A DNA stretch of 64,000 bases, taken from the sequence record PV467749.1; one strand, given 5' to 3'. The position numbers were made by a program, and so were the translations under genes. Below are positions 47,194 to 55,891 of the stretch, one piece after another. The stretch comes from a phage. The notes beneath the pieces were generated by a model, which was not told where the DNA came from, ran no database searches, and saw only the letters and a list, made by a program, of their open reading frames with translations. Numbering within the stretch: the stretch's first letter is position 1; each line of letters begins with the position of its first letter.

Positions 47194-47535
47194 TTATTCG
47201 AAATCTTCTGGACCGGACTGATAATCATCTTCACCGCATGCACTTTCTAACGTTTCACCAGTGTAGTCATCAGTTAGTGAGTCATCCTCATAGTTCACGT
47301 CTACGCCAGTGATGTAAAACTGGCTATCGTCTGGATCATTGAAATTAATTTTTTGGATGTTTACAATAACTGTATTGATACCCAGGACACCGCCATCAGC
47401 CGTTACAAAGTACTGATATTTTTCACAACCGCCTGAATTGAAACCGTAATTAATTTCGGCCCGACCATCATTTAAACGCAGTGCCTGGGCGATGATTTCA
47501 TTTTCAAAGTTAGATTGAGCAATTGAGATAGTCAT
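47194..47535 (-). CDS. hypothetical acidic protein
   Basis: 113 aa; strongly acidic C-terminus. Confidence 0.5.
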   Translation of the reverse strand: MTISIAQSNFENEIIAQALRLNDGRAEINYGFNSGGCEKYQYFVTADGGVLGINTVIVNIQKINFNDPDDSQFYITGVDVNYEDDSLTDDYTGETLESACGEDDYQSGPEDFE

Positions 47536-47617
47536 GATTTGTTTCCTTATTACCAGGGGAAACCGTTTCCCCTTTCGATGTAAAACATTATACGCTTATC
47601 AGGAAGTAATGCAAGTA

Positions 47618-48085
47618 CTATTTCACGTTAATTTCAAAGTACTGCTCTTTGATGTTTTCCTGTTGGTAAATCTCGTTTAATGCTTTAAGATCTAAAACCT
47701 GTTTACCTGCTGCCTGAATATACTTTTTAAGAGTCGCTAACAGCTTCTCAGGCGTGTTTGTAGTCTTACGTGTTGGGATCTTATCGTGCCCCATAGCGTA
47801 ATACTGCTTACGTGCTATAGTACTGATAACACTGCGGTACGGTTCCATGATCAGCTTGTCTGTGTATTCGTCGCTATCCCCAAACTTCATACCGTGGATC
47901 GCAAAGGTCATCATCATGCGGTCGTTATCGCGGATATTGTGGGGGCAGTCGGCAAGCTCGCGAGTCAGTGACATAGTGATCCCCACGTCGCCACCCAGCG
48001 GTAAAGGTCGGGCGATAAAGAAACCGTTAGGGAATACTTTCAGGAAGTTTTCTTGAACTGCTGCGACGAATTCGATGCTATTCAT
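47618..48085 (-). CDS. hypothetical protein
   Basis: 155 aa; PeSL cassette upstream. Confidence 0.55.
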   Translation of the reverse strand: MNSIEFVAAVQENFLKVFPNGFFIARPLPLGGDVGITMSLTRELADCPHNIRDNDRMMMTFAIHGMKFGDSDEYTDKLIMEPYRSVISTIARKQYYAMGHDKIPTRKTTNTPEKLLATLKKYIQAAGKQVLDLKALNEIYQQENIKEQYFEINVK

Positions 48086-48300
48086 AATTCATTTCCTTAA
48101 TTAGTGGGGGAAACCGTTTCCCCTTTCGATGTAAAACATTATACGCCTATTGAGATAGTTTGCAAGTACTTTTTAAAAATAGTTTTCAGTACTCAATACT
48201 TATATAATAGATACACTTCCGCACCCTGTGGGCTAGTGAGCTATCTCTCAATGAATATATAATAGCAAAATGGCTGACCGAAGTCAACCACTTTTTTCAT

Positions 48301-48435
48301 TTATTTTTTAGCTTTAAGTACTGCGGCCTTTCGCGTCATGCCTTGCTTGATGTACTCCTTTACTTTCGCTTTTTTAGCGTTTACCTTGTCTGCTTTCGTT
48401 TTAGGAGTACTGTAAATTATACCGTTAGGATTCAT
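48301..48435 (-). CDS. hypothetical small basic protein (below ORF-track cutoff)
   Basis: 44 aa Lys-rich ORF read by hand; start overlaps stop of 48436-48525. Confidence 0.35.
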   Translation of the reverse strand: MNPNGIIYSTPKTKADKVNAKKAKVKEYIKQGMTRKAAVLKAKK

Positions 48436-48525
48436 TTAAATCACCATAAAGAATAGATAGGTTACTAACAATGCCGCGATCAATGCACCGACCAGGGCCG
48501 AACTATAGTAAGCTAATGATTTCAT
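48436..48525 (-). CDS. hypothetical hydrophobic peptide
   Basis: 29 aa (MKSLAYYSSALVGALIAALLVTYLFFMVI); ATGA overlap with upstream gene. Confidence 0.3.
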   Translation of the reverse strand: MKSLAYYSSALVGALIAALLVTYLFFMVI

Positions 48526-48674
48526 TTTTTAGCCTGAAAATAATGTTTAATTTGAGCGGCGGTCAGTGCACAATTACGCAGGAAGTTTTCTGTATAACTT
48601 TTGCGAGTACTGAAAGAGAATTGACCTTTGCCGTTACCGATAGTAACATCAAACCGAGCGTTGTATTGTTTCAT
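48522..48674 (-). CDS. hypothetical small protein
   Basis: 50 aa from ATG 48672-48674 (AGGAG SD); first gene of a coupled trio. Confidence 0.45.
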   Translation of the reverse strand: MKQYNARFDVTIGNGKGQFSFSTRKSYTENFLRNCALTAAQIKHYFQAKK

Positions 48675-48755
48675 TTTGATTCTCCTGTTATTGGGGAGAA
48701 TCATTTCTCCCCTCTATGTAAAACATTATACGCGTTTAAAAACTAATTACAAGTA

Positions 48756-48902
48756 CTATTTTTTAGATTTACGCAAACTTTCTACCATCTCAGGAGTAAG
48801 GCCCGGCGGGTAGGAAACTACTTCATCAACGAAACGTAATGGGAATACCCCATCTAAGGTTGAACGTGCTTTCTTGTTAGTACTCTTTTTTGATGCTTTC
48901 AT
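48756..48902 (-). CDS. hypothetical small protein (below ORF-track cutoff)
   Basis: 48 aa ORF read by hand; PeSL cassette upstream. Confidence 0.4.
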   Translation of the reverse strand: MKASKKSTNKKARSTLDGVFPLRFVDEVVSYPPGLTPEMVESLRKSKK

Positions 48903-48971
48903 TTCATATTCCTTAATTAGTGGGGAGAATCATTTCTCCCCTTCATGTAAAACATTATACGCGTTTAAAAA

Positions 48972-49181
48972 CTAATTACAAGTACTATTTGAAAGTAAAT
49001 GCTCATACGCTGCATTAACTACGTTTTCAATAACCGACTGTACAGAAAGATCCCCCACGTCCTGGCTATAGTAGAAATTGCTTACAGTGGTGTCATCGTA
49101 TGCAAATACTTTACCAGGTACGGCATCAATCACATACATATTAACCTTTAAGATGTCGATCTTATCCTGTACAGTAAGCAT
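48972..49181 (-). CDS. hypothetical small protein
   Basis: 69 aa. Confidence 0.5.
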   Translation of the reverse strand: MLTVQDKIDILKVNMYVIDAVPGKVFAYDDTTVSNFYYSQDVGDLSVQSVIENVVNAAYEHLLSNSTCN

Positions 49182-49186
49182 ATTAA

Positions 49187-49459
49187 TTACCCTTTTAAGT
49201 ACTGGATTAAGTAGTCTTGTTGATCTTCGGTGATTGCCGCCATCTTCCCTAGTACTGGATTAATGATATAATCCCCGGTAACGTCCTGTAACGCATTCTC
49301 AGGCGGTGAAACGGCTGGGGTAGCCATAGCCATCGCCTGGACTTGTTCGACGCTGTATCGCTCATATAGGCGGCATTCTTCCGGTGTTAACATAGCATCA
49401 GTACGCTTCATCGGTTTAATGATGCTTTCGATCTCATTCAGTACTTGATTAACGTTCAT
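49187..49459 (-). CDS. hypothetical protein
   Basis: 90 aa. Confidence 0.5.
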   Translation of the reverse strand: MNVNQVLNEIESIIKPMKRTDAMLTPEECRLYERYSVEQVQAMAMATPAVSPPENALQDVTGDYIINPVLGKMAAITEDQQDYLIQYLKG

Positions 49460-49510
49460 GGTATAATCCCCAATATAAGCGGCCTGAATCGACCGCTAAC
49501 GATGTTTTGA

Positions 49511-49780
49511 TTAATAGGTGTATGGTTGACGCTCAAACAATGATTGCACGTTGTACGCCCCGCTTATGGGCTTCGCTGGTAAATCAATTTTATATTGTTC
49601 ACGCTTAAAGATAATAAAACGGCAATTGTTTTTAACATCAAAATTGATTGAACGTTCCAGGAGTTTTCCATCGTGCACAAATACAAGATAACCGCTTGCT
49701 ACTTGTTTTGTAGTACTGGTTGCAACCATAGACCGCCGAACATGTGTACCTGCGTCGATTAAAGTACTGATATTTTTCAT
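49511..49780 (-). CDS. hypothetical protein
   Basis: 89 aa. Confidence 0.5.
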   Translation of the reverse strand: MKNISTLIDAGTHVRRSMVATSTTKQVASGYLVFVHDGKLLERSINFDVKNNCRFIIFKREQYKIDLPAKPISGAYNVQSLFERQPYTY

Positions 49781-49860
49781 TATACGATCCTCTTAAGTTA
49801 ATTTAATTTCTTTCCCCTATGCAGACACTATATCAAAGTATCTGCATAAAGTAAAGCTAA

Positions 49861-50184
49861 TTAAAGATCTTTTTTGCGTTTAACATTCTGTACAGTACAA
49901 TGCAACGGGATATTAAGATCATTGCACAAACGAGTAAGGGAGGTTTCATCAGTATTAAGCCCGTCTACTGATTCCTTTAAGAGAGATAACGCCGTTTGTT
50001 GATATGCATCTTCATAGCCATAAGTAAATGATTCAACCGCCAGATCATTCAAACCGTTATCCAGTTCAACGCTTACATGACAAGAATGATAAGTATTGCC
50101 ATATGAATCAGTCCAACGTTTACCGTCAACATTGATTGCACGGATTGCAGCCAGGGAAACGGTGTTAATGATAGTTTTAGCCAT
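49861..50184 (-). CDS. hypothetical protein, paralog of 43350-43673
   Basis: 107 aa; shared RWTDSYGNTYHSCHVS and TYGY motifs. Confidence 0.55.
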   Translation of the reverse strand: MAKTIINTVSLAAIRAINVDGKRWTDSYGNTYHSCHVSVELDNGLNDLAVESFTYGYEDAYQQTALSLLKESVDGLNTDETSLTRLCNDLNIPLHCTVQNVKRKKDL

Positions 50185-50273
50185 TTTTGTATTCCTTAAA
50201 TTAATATGTTGTCTTGATAAAATCTATTATGCCAGTACTATCAAACTATGTCAATAGTACTGTGATAATATTT

Positions 50274-50417
50274 TTACTTACTTTTTGCTTTCTTTGCTGC
50301 TTCCACCTGGTCGGCCCATTCTTTACCCCATACTTGTAAATTATAATGGTACTGGCAAAGAGCAACGCCCCGCTTTAAACCAGTAATAGATTTCTGACCA
50401 CATTGACAAGTTTTCAT
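50274..50417 (-). CDS. hypothetical small Cys-containing protein (below ORF-track cutoff)
   Basis: 47 aa ORF read by hand (MKTCQCGQKS...); PeSL cassette upstream. Confidence 0.4.
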   Translation of the reverse strand: MKTCQCGQKSITGLKRGVALCQYHYNLQVWGKEWADQVEAAKKAKSK

Positions 50418-50502
50418 TTTAGTTTCCTTGTAGTGGGGAGAACCATTTCTCCCCTTGATGTAATGTATTATACTTTATTCGATTTACTTTGCAAGTACTT
50501 TT

Positions 50503-50730
50503 TTAATTTAATTCATCAAGGCAAAGGATACGCTCAACGCCCAAATCAGTTAAACTAATCGACGGCACTTGATAGGTTTCAATGTATGCTACACTTGCCC
50601 ACTGACCGAACTCATTAACGGCCCAGGTATTCATTGCATTTTGCAATTCCGCACCTTCCTTGTTGGTAATGACTGCAACTACTTGTTCGTTGCCAGTAGT
50701 ACCAGATACGCGAGTAATGATAATAGCCAT
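50503..50730 (-). CDS. hypothetical small protein
   Basis: 75 aa from ATG 50728-50730; track ORF extended through promoter. Confidence 0.5.
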   Translation of the reverse strand: MAIIITRVSGTTGNEQVVAVITNKEGAELQNAMNTWAVNEFGQWASVAYIETYQVPSISLTDLGVERILCLDELN

Positions 50731-50962
50731 TGTTTTGATTCCTTTGATTTTGAAGGAGAACCGTTTCCCCCTCTCGATGTAAAACATTATACGCTAATCT
50801 CTTAATCGTGCAAGTACTTTTTATTACTTTTTGCAAAATACTTTAAACGCTCTCAATCGCGTTCTTACAGCCTTAACGCCACCAGCTAGGGCAATGCATC
50901 AGATAATCAGTTTAATGCGTTAGAATCGTTTCTAGGCGGTGCTGGTGGCCTGGTAAACGATA

Positions 50963-50994
50963 AACACAAAAAAGCCCACCGTTTAAGGTGGGCT
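50963..50994 (-). terminator. intrinsic terminator
   Basis: Hairpin AGCCCACC-gtttaa-GGTGGGCT 50973-50994, U-run on minus RNA, 3' of gene 51016-51498. Confidence 0.6.
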
Positions 50995-51015
50995 AGTGAT
51001 TCAGTACTTTAATTG

Positions 51016-51498
51016 TTATGCTTCAACTTTGCGATGAGCTTCGATCCATTCCTCGCGAGTCATACCACTGGAGTTAATCGCGTCCAGTACTACCGCAATA
51101 CAGTTACCACGCACCGGAATCAGATATTCTTCCCCGTTGTCCAGTACTACCGCTACGCGTTCCTGAATCCATTTTTTGGCTTTTACTTCTGGCTTGTCTT
51201 CCCCATACTTAACCGCCAGGGCTTTTTGTGCCATCTCTGTAACTACTTCCAGATCCAATCCAACTACTGCCGCCTGAATACTTTCGATTGTTGCTTGTAG
51301 TTCTGCTTCACGGGCCGCCTTTGCCGCTTCAATTTCTGCCGCTTTATTTGCTTGTAGTTCTTTCGCAGTACTGTACGCGATGTTAAAATTATTGCGTACC
51401 GCTTTCATGGTATCGTTATCCAGTTCAGCCAGGATCTCAGCCGCTACGTTAGTTTCATTTGCTACCAGTGCTTTGATGAATGATTTTACATTAGCCAT
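51016..51498 (-). CDS. hypothetical Ala/Glu-rich protein
   Basis: 160 aa from ATG 51496-51498 (AGGA SD); promoter TTGACA-16-TAGAAT upstream. Confidence 0.55.
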   Translation of the reverse strand: MANVKSFIKALVANETNVAAEILAELDNDTMKAVRNNFNIAYSTAKELQANKAAEIEAAKAAREAELQATIESIQAAVVGLDLEVVTEMAQKALAVKYGEDKPEVKAKKWIQERVAVVLDNGEEYLIPVRGNCIAVVLDAINSSGMTREEWIEAHRKVEA

Positions 51499-51697
51499 TT
51501 TATAAATCCTCAATTAAAGTTTAGTTTACGTTTATTAGTGTATCAAAGTTTTCTCGACGTGTCCAGTTTTTCGTTCGACTTACTGGCGGTCTACTTAGTG
51601 CTCCCCGTCTTGATGTAATACATTCTACGCTTTTCTGCGGTAATGTCAACTACTTTCTTAAAACTATTTTCAAAGTATCTCAGTACTACGATACTAC

Positions 51698-51724
51698 AAA
51701 AACAAAAAAGCCCACCAGGTGGGC
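51698..51724 (-). terminator. intrinsic terminator
   Basis: Hairpin AGCCCACC..GGTGGGCT 51708-51724 with U-run on minus RNA, 3' of gene 51732-51962. Confidence 0.55.
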
Positions 51725-51731
51725 TATGTAC

Positions 51732-51962
51732 TTAATCAGTGAGTAAAATATTAAACACTTTACCATTTAACGTTATTGGTGCACTGCTACCAGGCTCAAG
51801 ATCCGTTAATATACCTGCAATCGCTTTATCATTGGCGACCTTTCCAGTGTCCAACAGTACTACAGTACTGATAAGATTAACGCTCGTTTCAATATCATAA
51901 TGCACGGCGTTAAGTAGTTGTGTAGTACTGCTTTCGTTAAGTAAAACAATTCGCTTAGTCAT
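51732..51962 (-). CDS. hypothetical small protein
   Basis: 76 aa. Confidence 0.5.
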   Translation of the reverse strand: MTKRIVLLNESSTTQLLNAVHYDIETSVNLISTVVLLDTGKVANDKAIAGILTDLEPGSSAPITLNGKVFNILLTD

Positions 51963-51983
51963 GATGTTACCCCGTAGTATCTA

Positions 51984-52283
51984 TCAACGGCAATTAATAA
52001 CGCCGGTATGCGTTACTTTCTCAGTATCCATTACAGTGACCGAACCGCGTTTAGTACTGGCATCATAATAAATTGTTGTGCTACCGTTTTCGTCTTCTTC
52101 ATGGAACGGGCCGTTTTTAAATGCTTCCGGCTGGATCTCTAAATCCTTTAATACAATCTCGCCAGTACTTTCATCGGTCATTGCAACAGTGCACTGAATG
52201 AATTTTTCACTACTTACATCTAATGACGCATTAACAGCGAAAGAGGAAACAGATAAAGCCAGGGCGATGATTGTAATTTTCAT
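51984..52283 (-). CDS. secreted or periplasmic protein with signal peptide
   Basis: 99 aa from ATG 52281-52283; N-terminus MKITIIALALSVSSFAVNA then S. Confidence 0.5.
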   Translation of the reverse strand: MKITIIALALSVSSFAVNASLDVSSEKFIQCTVAMTDESTGEIVLKDLEIQPEAFKNGPFHEEDENGSTTIYYDASTKRGSVTVMDTEKVTHTGVINCR

Positions 52284-52389
52284 TTGATTATCCTTAGTTA
52301 CCAGGGGAACCGCTCCCCTATGCAAAACATTATACGCGTTTAAAAACTAATTGCAAGTATTTTAATAAAAAGTATTTGAAAAATAATTG

Positions 52390-52418
52390 TTGACAACTGC
52401 ATCCAGTACTGGCATAAT
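52390..52418 (+). promoter_or_regulatory. plus-strand sigma70-like promoter, antisense to gene array
   Basis: TTGACA 52390-52395, 17 bp spacer with CAGTACTG, CATAAT 52413-52418. Confidence 0.45.
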
Positions 52419-52499
52419 TACTACATCAAGACGAAACAGTCACTAACCCACCGGGTGCCGAGATCCGTCTATTAAATGATTCAGTACTGAAAAAGTAAC

Positions 52500-52518
52500 G
52501 GGGAGTTATTATCTCCCC
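52500..52518. terminator. bidirectional terminator
   Basis: Hairpin GGGGAG-ttattat-CTCCCC; U-rich on both strands; 3' of minus gene 52525-52746 and of the short plus transcript. Confidence 0.5.
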
Positions 52519-52524
52519 GCGTTG

Positions 52525-52746
52525 TTATTTTGTAAGGTATAAACAGAAGTCGCCTTTATTTGCTACGCCGCCAGTGTAACGCGATGAATAGTTAGAAACG
52601 TCCTGGACTTCTGCTATTACCAGGGTATCATCATTCAATTCGTCGCAGAAGCAAACGGCTGGATCTTGTACGCCGATTTTGTCGGCATGTTCCCGCATAG
52701 ATTTAACCAGTGCTTCCAGTTGGGAAAGAGTAGTGATATTAGCCAT
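52525..52746 (-). CDS. hypothetical small protein
   Basis: 73 aa from ATG 52744-52746; track ORF extended through promoter. Confidence 0.5.
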   Translation of the reverse strand: MANITTLSQLEALVKSMREHADKIGVQDPAVCFCDELNDDTLVIAEVQDVSNYSSRYTGGVANKGDFCLYLTK

Positions 52747-52832
52747 TTTATTTTCCTCATTACCAGGGAGAACCATTTCTCCCTTTGATGTAAACCATTA
52801 TACAGTACTGAAAACTAATTGCAAGTACTTTT

Positions 52833-53093
52833 TCAATATTGTTTGTCGTCGTCTTCCTCGATGAATTGACCGACGAAATGATCTACTTTCGCTTTGAGGC
52901 TTTTATAATCTTCTTCTACTTCCTTTAAACGTTCCTGGTAGTATTCCAATGCTTCAAGATACGCCGCCTCAGCAGTTTTTGCACGCATGGCTAAATTCAT
53001 GCCACGCGTTTCATCAAATAGCCAATAACCATCGGTGCACTGGCTAATAGATAATGTCTTGCTTAGTGCTGTATAGCTAATTACTTTACTCAT
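52833..53093 (-). CDS. hypothetical protein
   Basis: 86 aa; charged helical C-terminal half; GAGGG SD. Confidence 0.5.
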   Translation of the reverse strand: MSKVISYTALSKTLSISQCTDGYWLFDETRGMNLAMRAKTAEAAYLEALEYYQERLKEVEEDYKSLKAKVDHFVGQFIEEDDDKQY

Positions 53094-53150
53094 TAGATAA
53101 CCCTCAGTAAAGGCGGGAACTATTACCCGCCATTATCTCAGTACTGAATA

Positions 53151-53390
53151 TTACATTCCAACCATTGCAGCACGGATCGCAGTAGTGCTATATTTGAATC
53201 CGTCCGGCGTTGTAGTAGTACCGTTGGCTTTTAATCTGCGGTACATACATTCCGCAGCAATATCTTTAGTTCTACTTTGTGCGATGCAACTTTGTGCAAG
53301 CCGATACAATGACTCACCGTTATTAATCCAAAGGCTTACATTCCAATGAGTTTTGTTTTTGTGTCCGTTGTAAGTTTTAGTACTAGCCAT
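53151..53390 (-). CDS. hypothetical protein, paralog of 55196-55435
   Basis: 79 aa from ATG 53388-53390; shared HKNKTHWNVSLWINN and PDGFKYSTTAIRAAMVGM. Confidence 0.55.
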   Translation of the reverse strand: MASTKTYNGHKNKTHWNVSLWINNGESLYRLAQSCIAQSRTKDIAAECMYRRLKANGTTTTPDGFKYSTTAIRAAMVGM

Positions 53391-53480
53391 TTTTAAATCC
53401 TCGTTTGAGCGGGGAACCACTCCCCGCCTTGATGTAAAGTATTATACGCTTTTAAACTTAGTTTACAAGTACTTTTTAAA

Positions 53481-54092
53481 TTAATATTCGATTGATTCCA
53501 CTACGCCATCAATAACATTGAATTGATATTCGTTACCCTCAATCAGTGCAGTAATGTTTTCAGTAGTGAATTGATCCTCATATGCATTCTCTAAATCACG
53601 GTACAACTTACGAGATAATTCACGGATCGCATCAGTCAGTAAGTTTTCCAGGTCATCAGCAAGTGCCGCTTGTTTTACAGTTAAATCAGTGTAGCGAGTA
53701 TCAACGCAACCGCTTACCGTGTTTTCGTGTGCGTAGCGAGAGTGTGAACGTTCTACACTCATTGCCAAATCATCTTCATTCAACAAGTGACGGATTGAAC
53801 GATATTTCGTTAACGCCTTAACCTTGCGTAAAAACTTCTCAGCGTCAACGTGGTTAGTACTGATTGATGCACCGTCACCTTGCGACCAAAAACCACTGTA
53901 TTGCAATTCAGCTTCATCTATGCCGTATTCTGGTAGTACTGTTTCTTTATAGTACTCGATAACGCCCTCAGCAAAGAAATTATCCTCACATGAACGCTCA
54001 CGATCCCGAACCAGTTCGATAGCCGCCGTTTTTTGTTCTGCGTTCAGTTCAGAAAAAGCCATAACAAAAGTAGTAGTAGTGATAGTTTTCAT
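53481..54092 (-). CDS. hypothetical protein
   Basis: 203 aa; motif YSGFWSQGDGASIS; no family recognised. Confidence 0.55.
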   Translation of the reverse strand: MKTITTTTFVMAFSELNAEQKTAAIELVRDRERSCEDNFFAEGVIEYYKETVLPEYGIDEAELQYSGFWSQGDGASISTNHVDAEKFLRKVKALTKYRSIRHLLNEDDLAMSVERSHSRYAHENTVSGCVDTRYTDLTVKQAALADDLENLLTDAIRELSRKLYRDLENAYEDQFTTENITALIEGNEYQFNVIDGVVESIEY

Positions 54093-54160
54093 TTTGTAAC
54101 CCTCATTCAGTAGTTGATGTAAGTATTATACGCTTTTAAAAACATTTGTCAAACTATTTT

Positions 54161-54235
54161 ATCAGGGGAGTTTTTCGTGTGCCTTACTCCTGGGCTACTT
54201 AACGGGAAGTTACTTATTTCGTTCCCCGTCCTGAT
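54161..54235 (-). ncRNA. candidate structured RNA element between tandem promoters (copy 2)
   Basis: 75 nt duplicate of 44375-44447; inner stem CGGGAA..TTCCCG replaces CGGGG..CCCCG. Confidence 0.3.
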
Positions 54236-54316
54236 GTAAAACATTATACGCTTATTGAGATAGTTTGCAAGTACTTTTTAAAAATAGTTTTCAGTACTGA
54301 ATAGTAAAAAAAAGTA

Positions 54317-54345
54317 TTGACAGCATTATCAAGTACTGGCATAAT
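54317..54345 (+). promoter_or_regulatory. plus-strand sigma70-like promoter
   Basis: TTGACA, 17 bp spacer with AGTACTG, CATAAT; followed by the ACCCACCGGGTGC box. Confidence 0.45.
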
Positions 54346-54522
54346 ATACCCCATGACAACAGCTAACCCACCGGGTGCACAATTGTAACTATACTAAACT
54401 AATTTTTCTATAGATACACTCCCGCACCCTATGGGCTACGGCTTATCTGCCAATGAATACATTATGCCAGTACTGACAAAATAAGTCAATACCGGCAATT
54501 GTAAATTTTTCAAAAAATATGA

Positions 54523-54753
54523 TTATACTGCAATCGCGTCCAGGCTGTAATAATAATAAGTGCCGTATTGGTGTACTTTATTACCTTTTATTTCAGTACT
54601 GAATGAATCCGAACGATTTGCATATGATGTTAATTTAAAGTACTTTGATTTGCTGATACGTTGCCATACACCACAGATCCGCTGTAAGTAAGTAGTTTTA
54701 TTCGTGGTCGTATCTTTTACGGTTTTAACTTCAGTCATATACATATTAGTCAT
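54523..54753 (-). CDS. hypothetical small protein
   Basis: 76 aa; PeSL cassette upstream. Confidence 0.5.
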   Translation of the reverse strand: MTNMYMTEVKTVKDTTTNKTTYLQRICGVWQRISKSKYFKLTSYANRSDSFSTEIKGNKVHQYGTYYYYSLDAIAV

Positions 54754-54840
54754 TTTTATTACTCCAGGTTATAGGCGGGAAGAGTTCCCGCTCTCGATGT
54801 AAAACATTATACGCCTTTAAACATAGTTTGCAAGTACTTT

Positions 54841-55107
54841 TTATTCAAGTACTGCAATCTTTTTAGTACGGTACACGGTCACGCGGTTGCCCTTTCGGTC
54901 GAGCTTTATTTCTACCACTCGACGCGATACACTATCGGGACTTTTTAAGGCCGCTAACCAGTACTGTAATGATCTGGCGGTACTACGCTTTACAATGGCC
55001 CAACGTTTACCACGTTCCGATTGTACGCCCATATCTTTAAACGTTGCCCCGTCCTGGCGTGCGGCGATCCGAGCTTGTTCACGCGTCGCAAAATACTTAA
55101 TATTCAT
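54841..55107 (-). CDS. hypothetical protein, paralog of 42859-43254
   Basis: 88 aa from ATG 55105-55107. Confidence 0.55.
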   Translation of the reverse strand: MNIKYFATREQARIAARQDGATFKDMGVQSERGKRWAIVKRSTARSLQYWLAALKSPDSVSRRVVEIKLDRKGNRVTVYRTKKIAVLE

Positions 55108-55195
55108 GCTGTTGCCCTTATCGTTGGTGTATGAATAAAACACTATTATAAAGTACTATCCCCGTGCAATAGTACTTTAAATAAATTCTATTCTA

Positions 55196-55435
55196 TTACA
55201 TTCCAACCATTGCCGCACGGATCGCAGTAGTGCTATATTTGAATCCGTCCGGTGTTTTATCTTGTCCAGTCTGTTCTAAAAATAACATCATATGACGGGC
55301 CGCATCATTGCGATTAGTGCTATCGTTAATAAAGTCCTGGGCCAACCGGTATAATGATTCATCGTTATTAATCCAAAGGCTTACATTCCAATGAGTTTTG
55401 TTTTTGTGACCTAAGAACATTTTTGATTTAGCCAT
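55196..55435 (-). CDS. hypothetical protein, paralog of 53151-53390
   Basis: 79 aa from ATG 55433-55435. Confidence 0.55.
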   Translation of the reverse strand: MAKSKMFLGHKNKTHWNVSLWINNDESLYRLAQDFINDSTNRNDAARHMMLFLEQTGQDKTPDGFKYSTTAIRAAMVGM

Positions 55436-55528
55436 TTTTTTAATCCTCTTATATAGTGGGGAACTATTCCCCACCTGATGTAAAACATTATACGCTTTTA
55501 AACTTAGTTTGCAAGTACTTTATTAAAC

Positions 55529-55891
55529 TTATTTGTAAATTTTGCCACTTTCTACCCATACCAGGAAACGAGGCATATTATCCCATGCATCTTGCTTTAA
55601 GTTTAAGCCGTGCAATTCCTCAGTTGTTGCCATGCCTGGGACTGGTTTACTATACACCGAGAATTTTTCGCCCATGTACTGATAAACCATCGTCAAATCA
55701 CTGGCGATCATCTTATGGATCATCGCATCAAGCATCACGGTCGCGGCGTATTGTTCACGCTTAAGCGGCAGCATTTTAATCAGTTCGCGGTATGCGTCAA
55801 TGTGAGTTTTAACCGTTGCCGCCGGAAGATCTTTCATCTCGTCGCGGAAGTTAACCAGGTTAGCAATAATTTTGGTGATTTGAGTCGCCAT
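55529..55891 (-). CDS. hypothetical protein
   Basis: 120 aa from ATG 55889-55891; track ORF extended through promoter. Confidence 0.55.
   Translation of the reverse strand: MATQITKIIANLVNFRDEMKDLPAATVKTHIDAYRELIKMLPLKREQYAATVMLDAMIHKMIASDLTMVYQYMGEKFSVYSKPVPGMATTEELHGLNLKQDAWDNMPRFLVWVESGKIYK

Noticed and set aside
50615-50836. Minus-strand ORF 50615-50836 (73 aa)
   Set aside because: Out-of-frame read-through of the promoter and hairpin cassette that overlaps the better-supported gene 50503-50730.
54161-54235. tRNA or tRNA-like gene in the 75-nt structured element
   Set aside because: The outer stem resembles an acceptor stem in length, but there is no T-loop GTTCRANYC consensus, no D-arm pattern and no anticodon-arm geometry.
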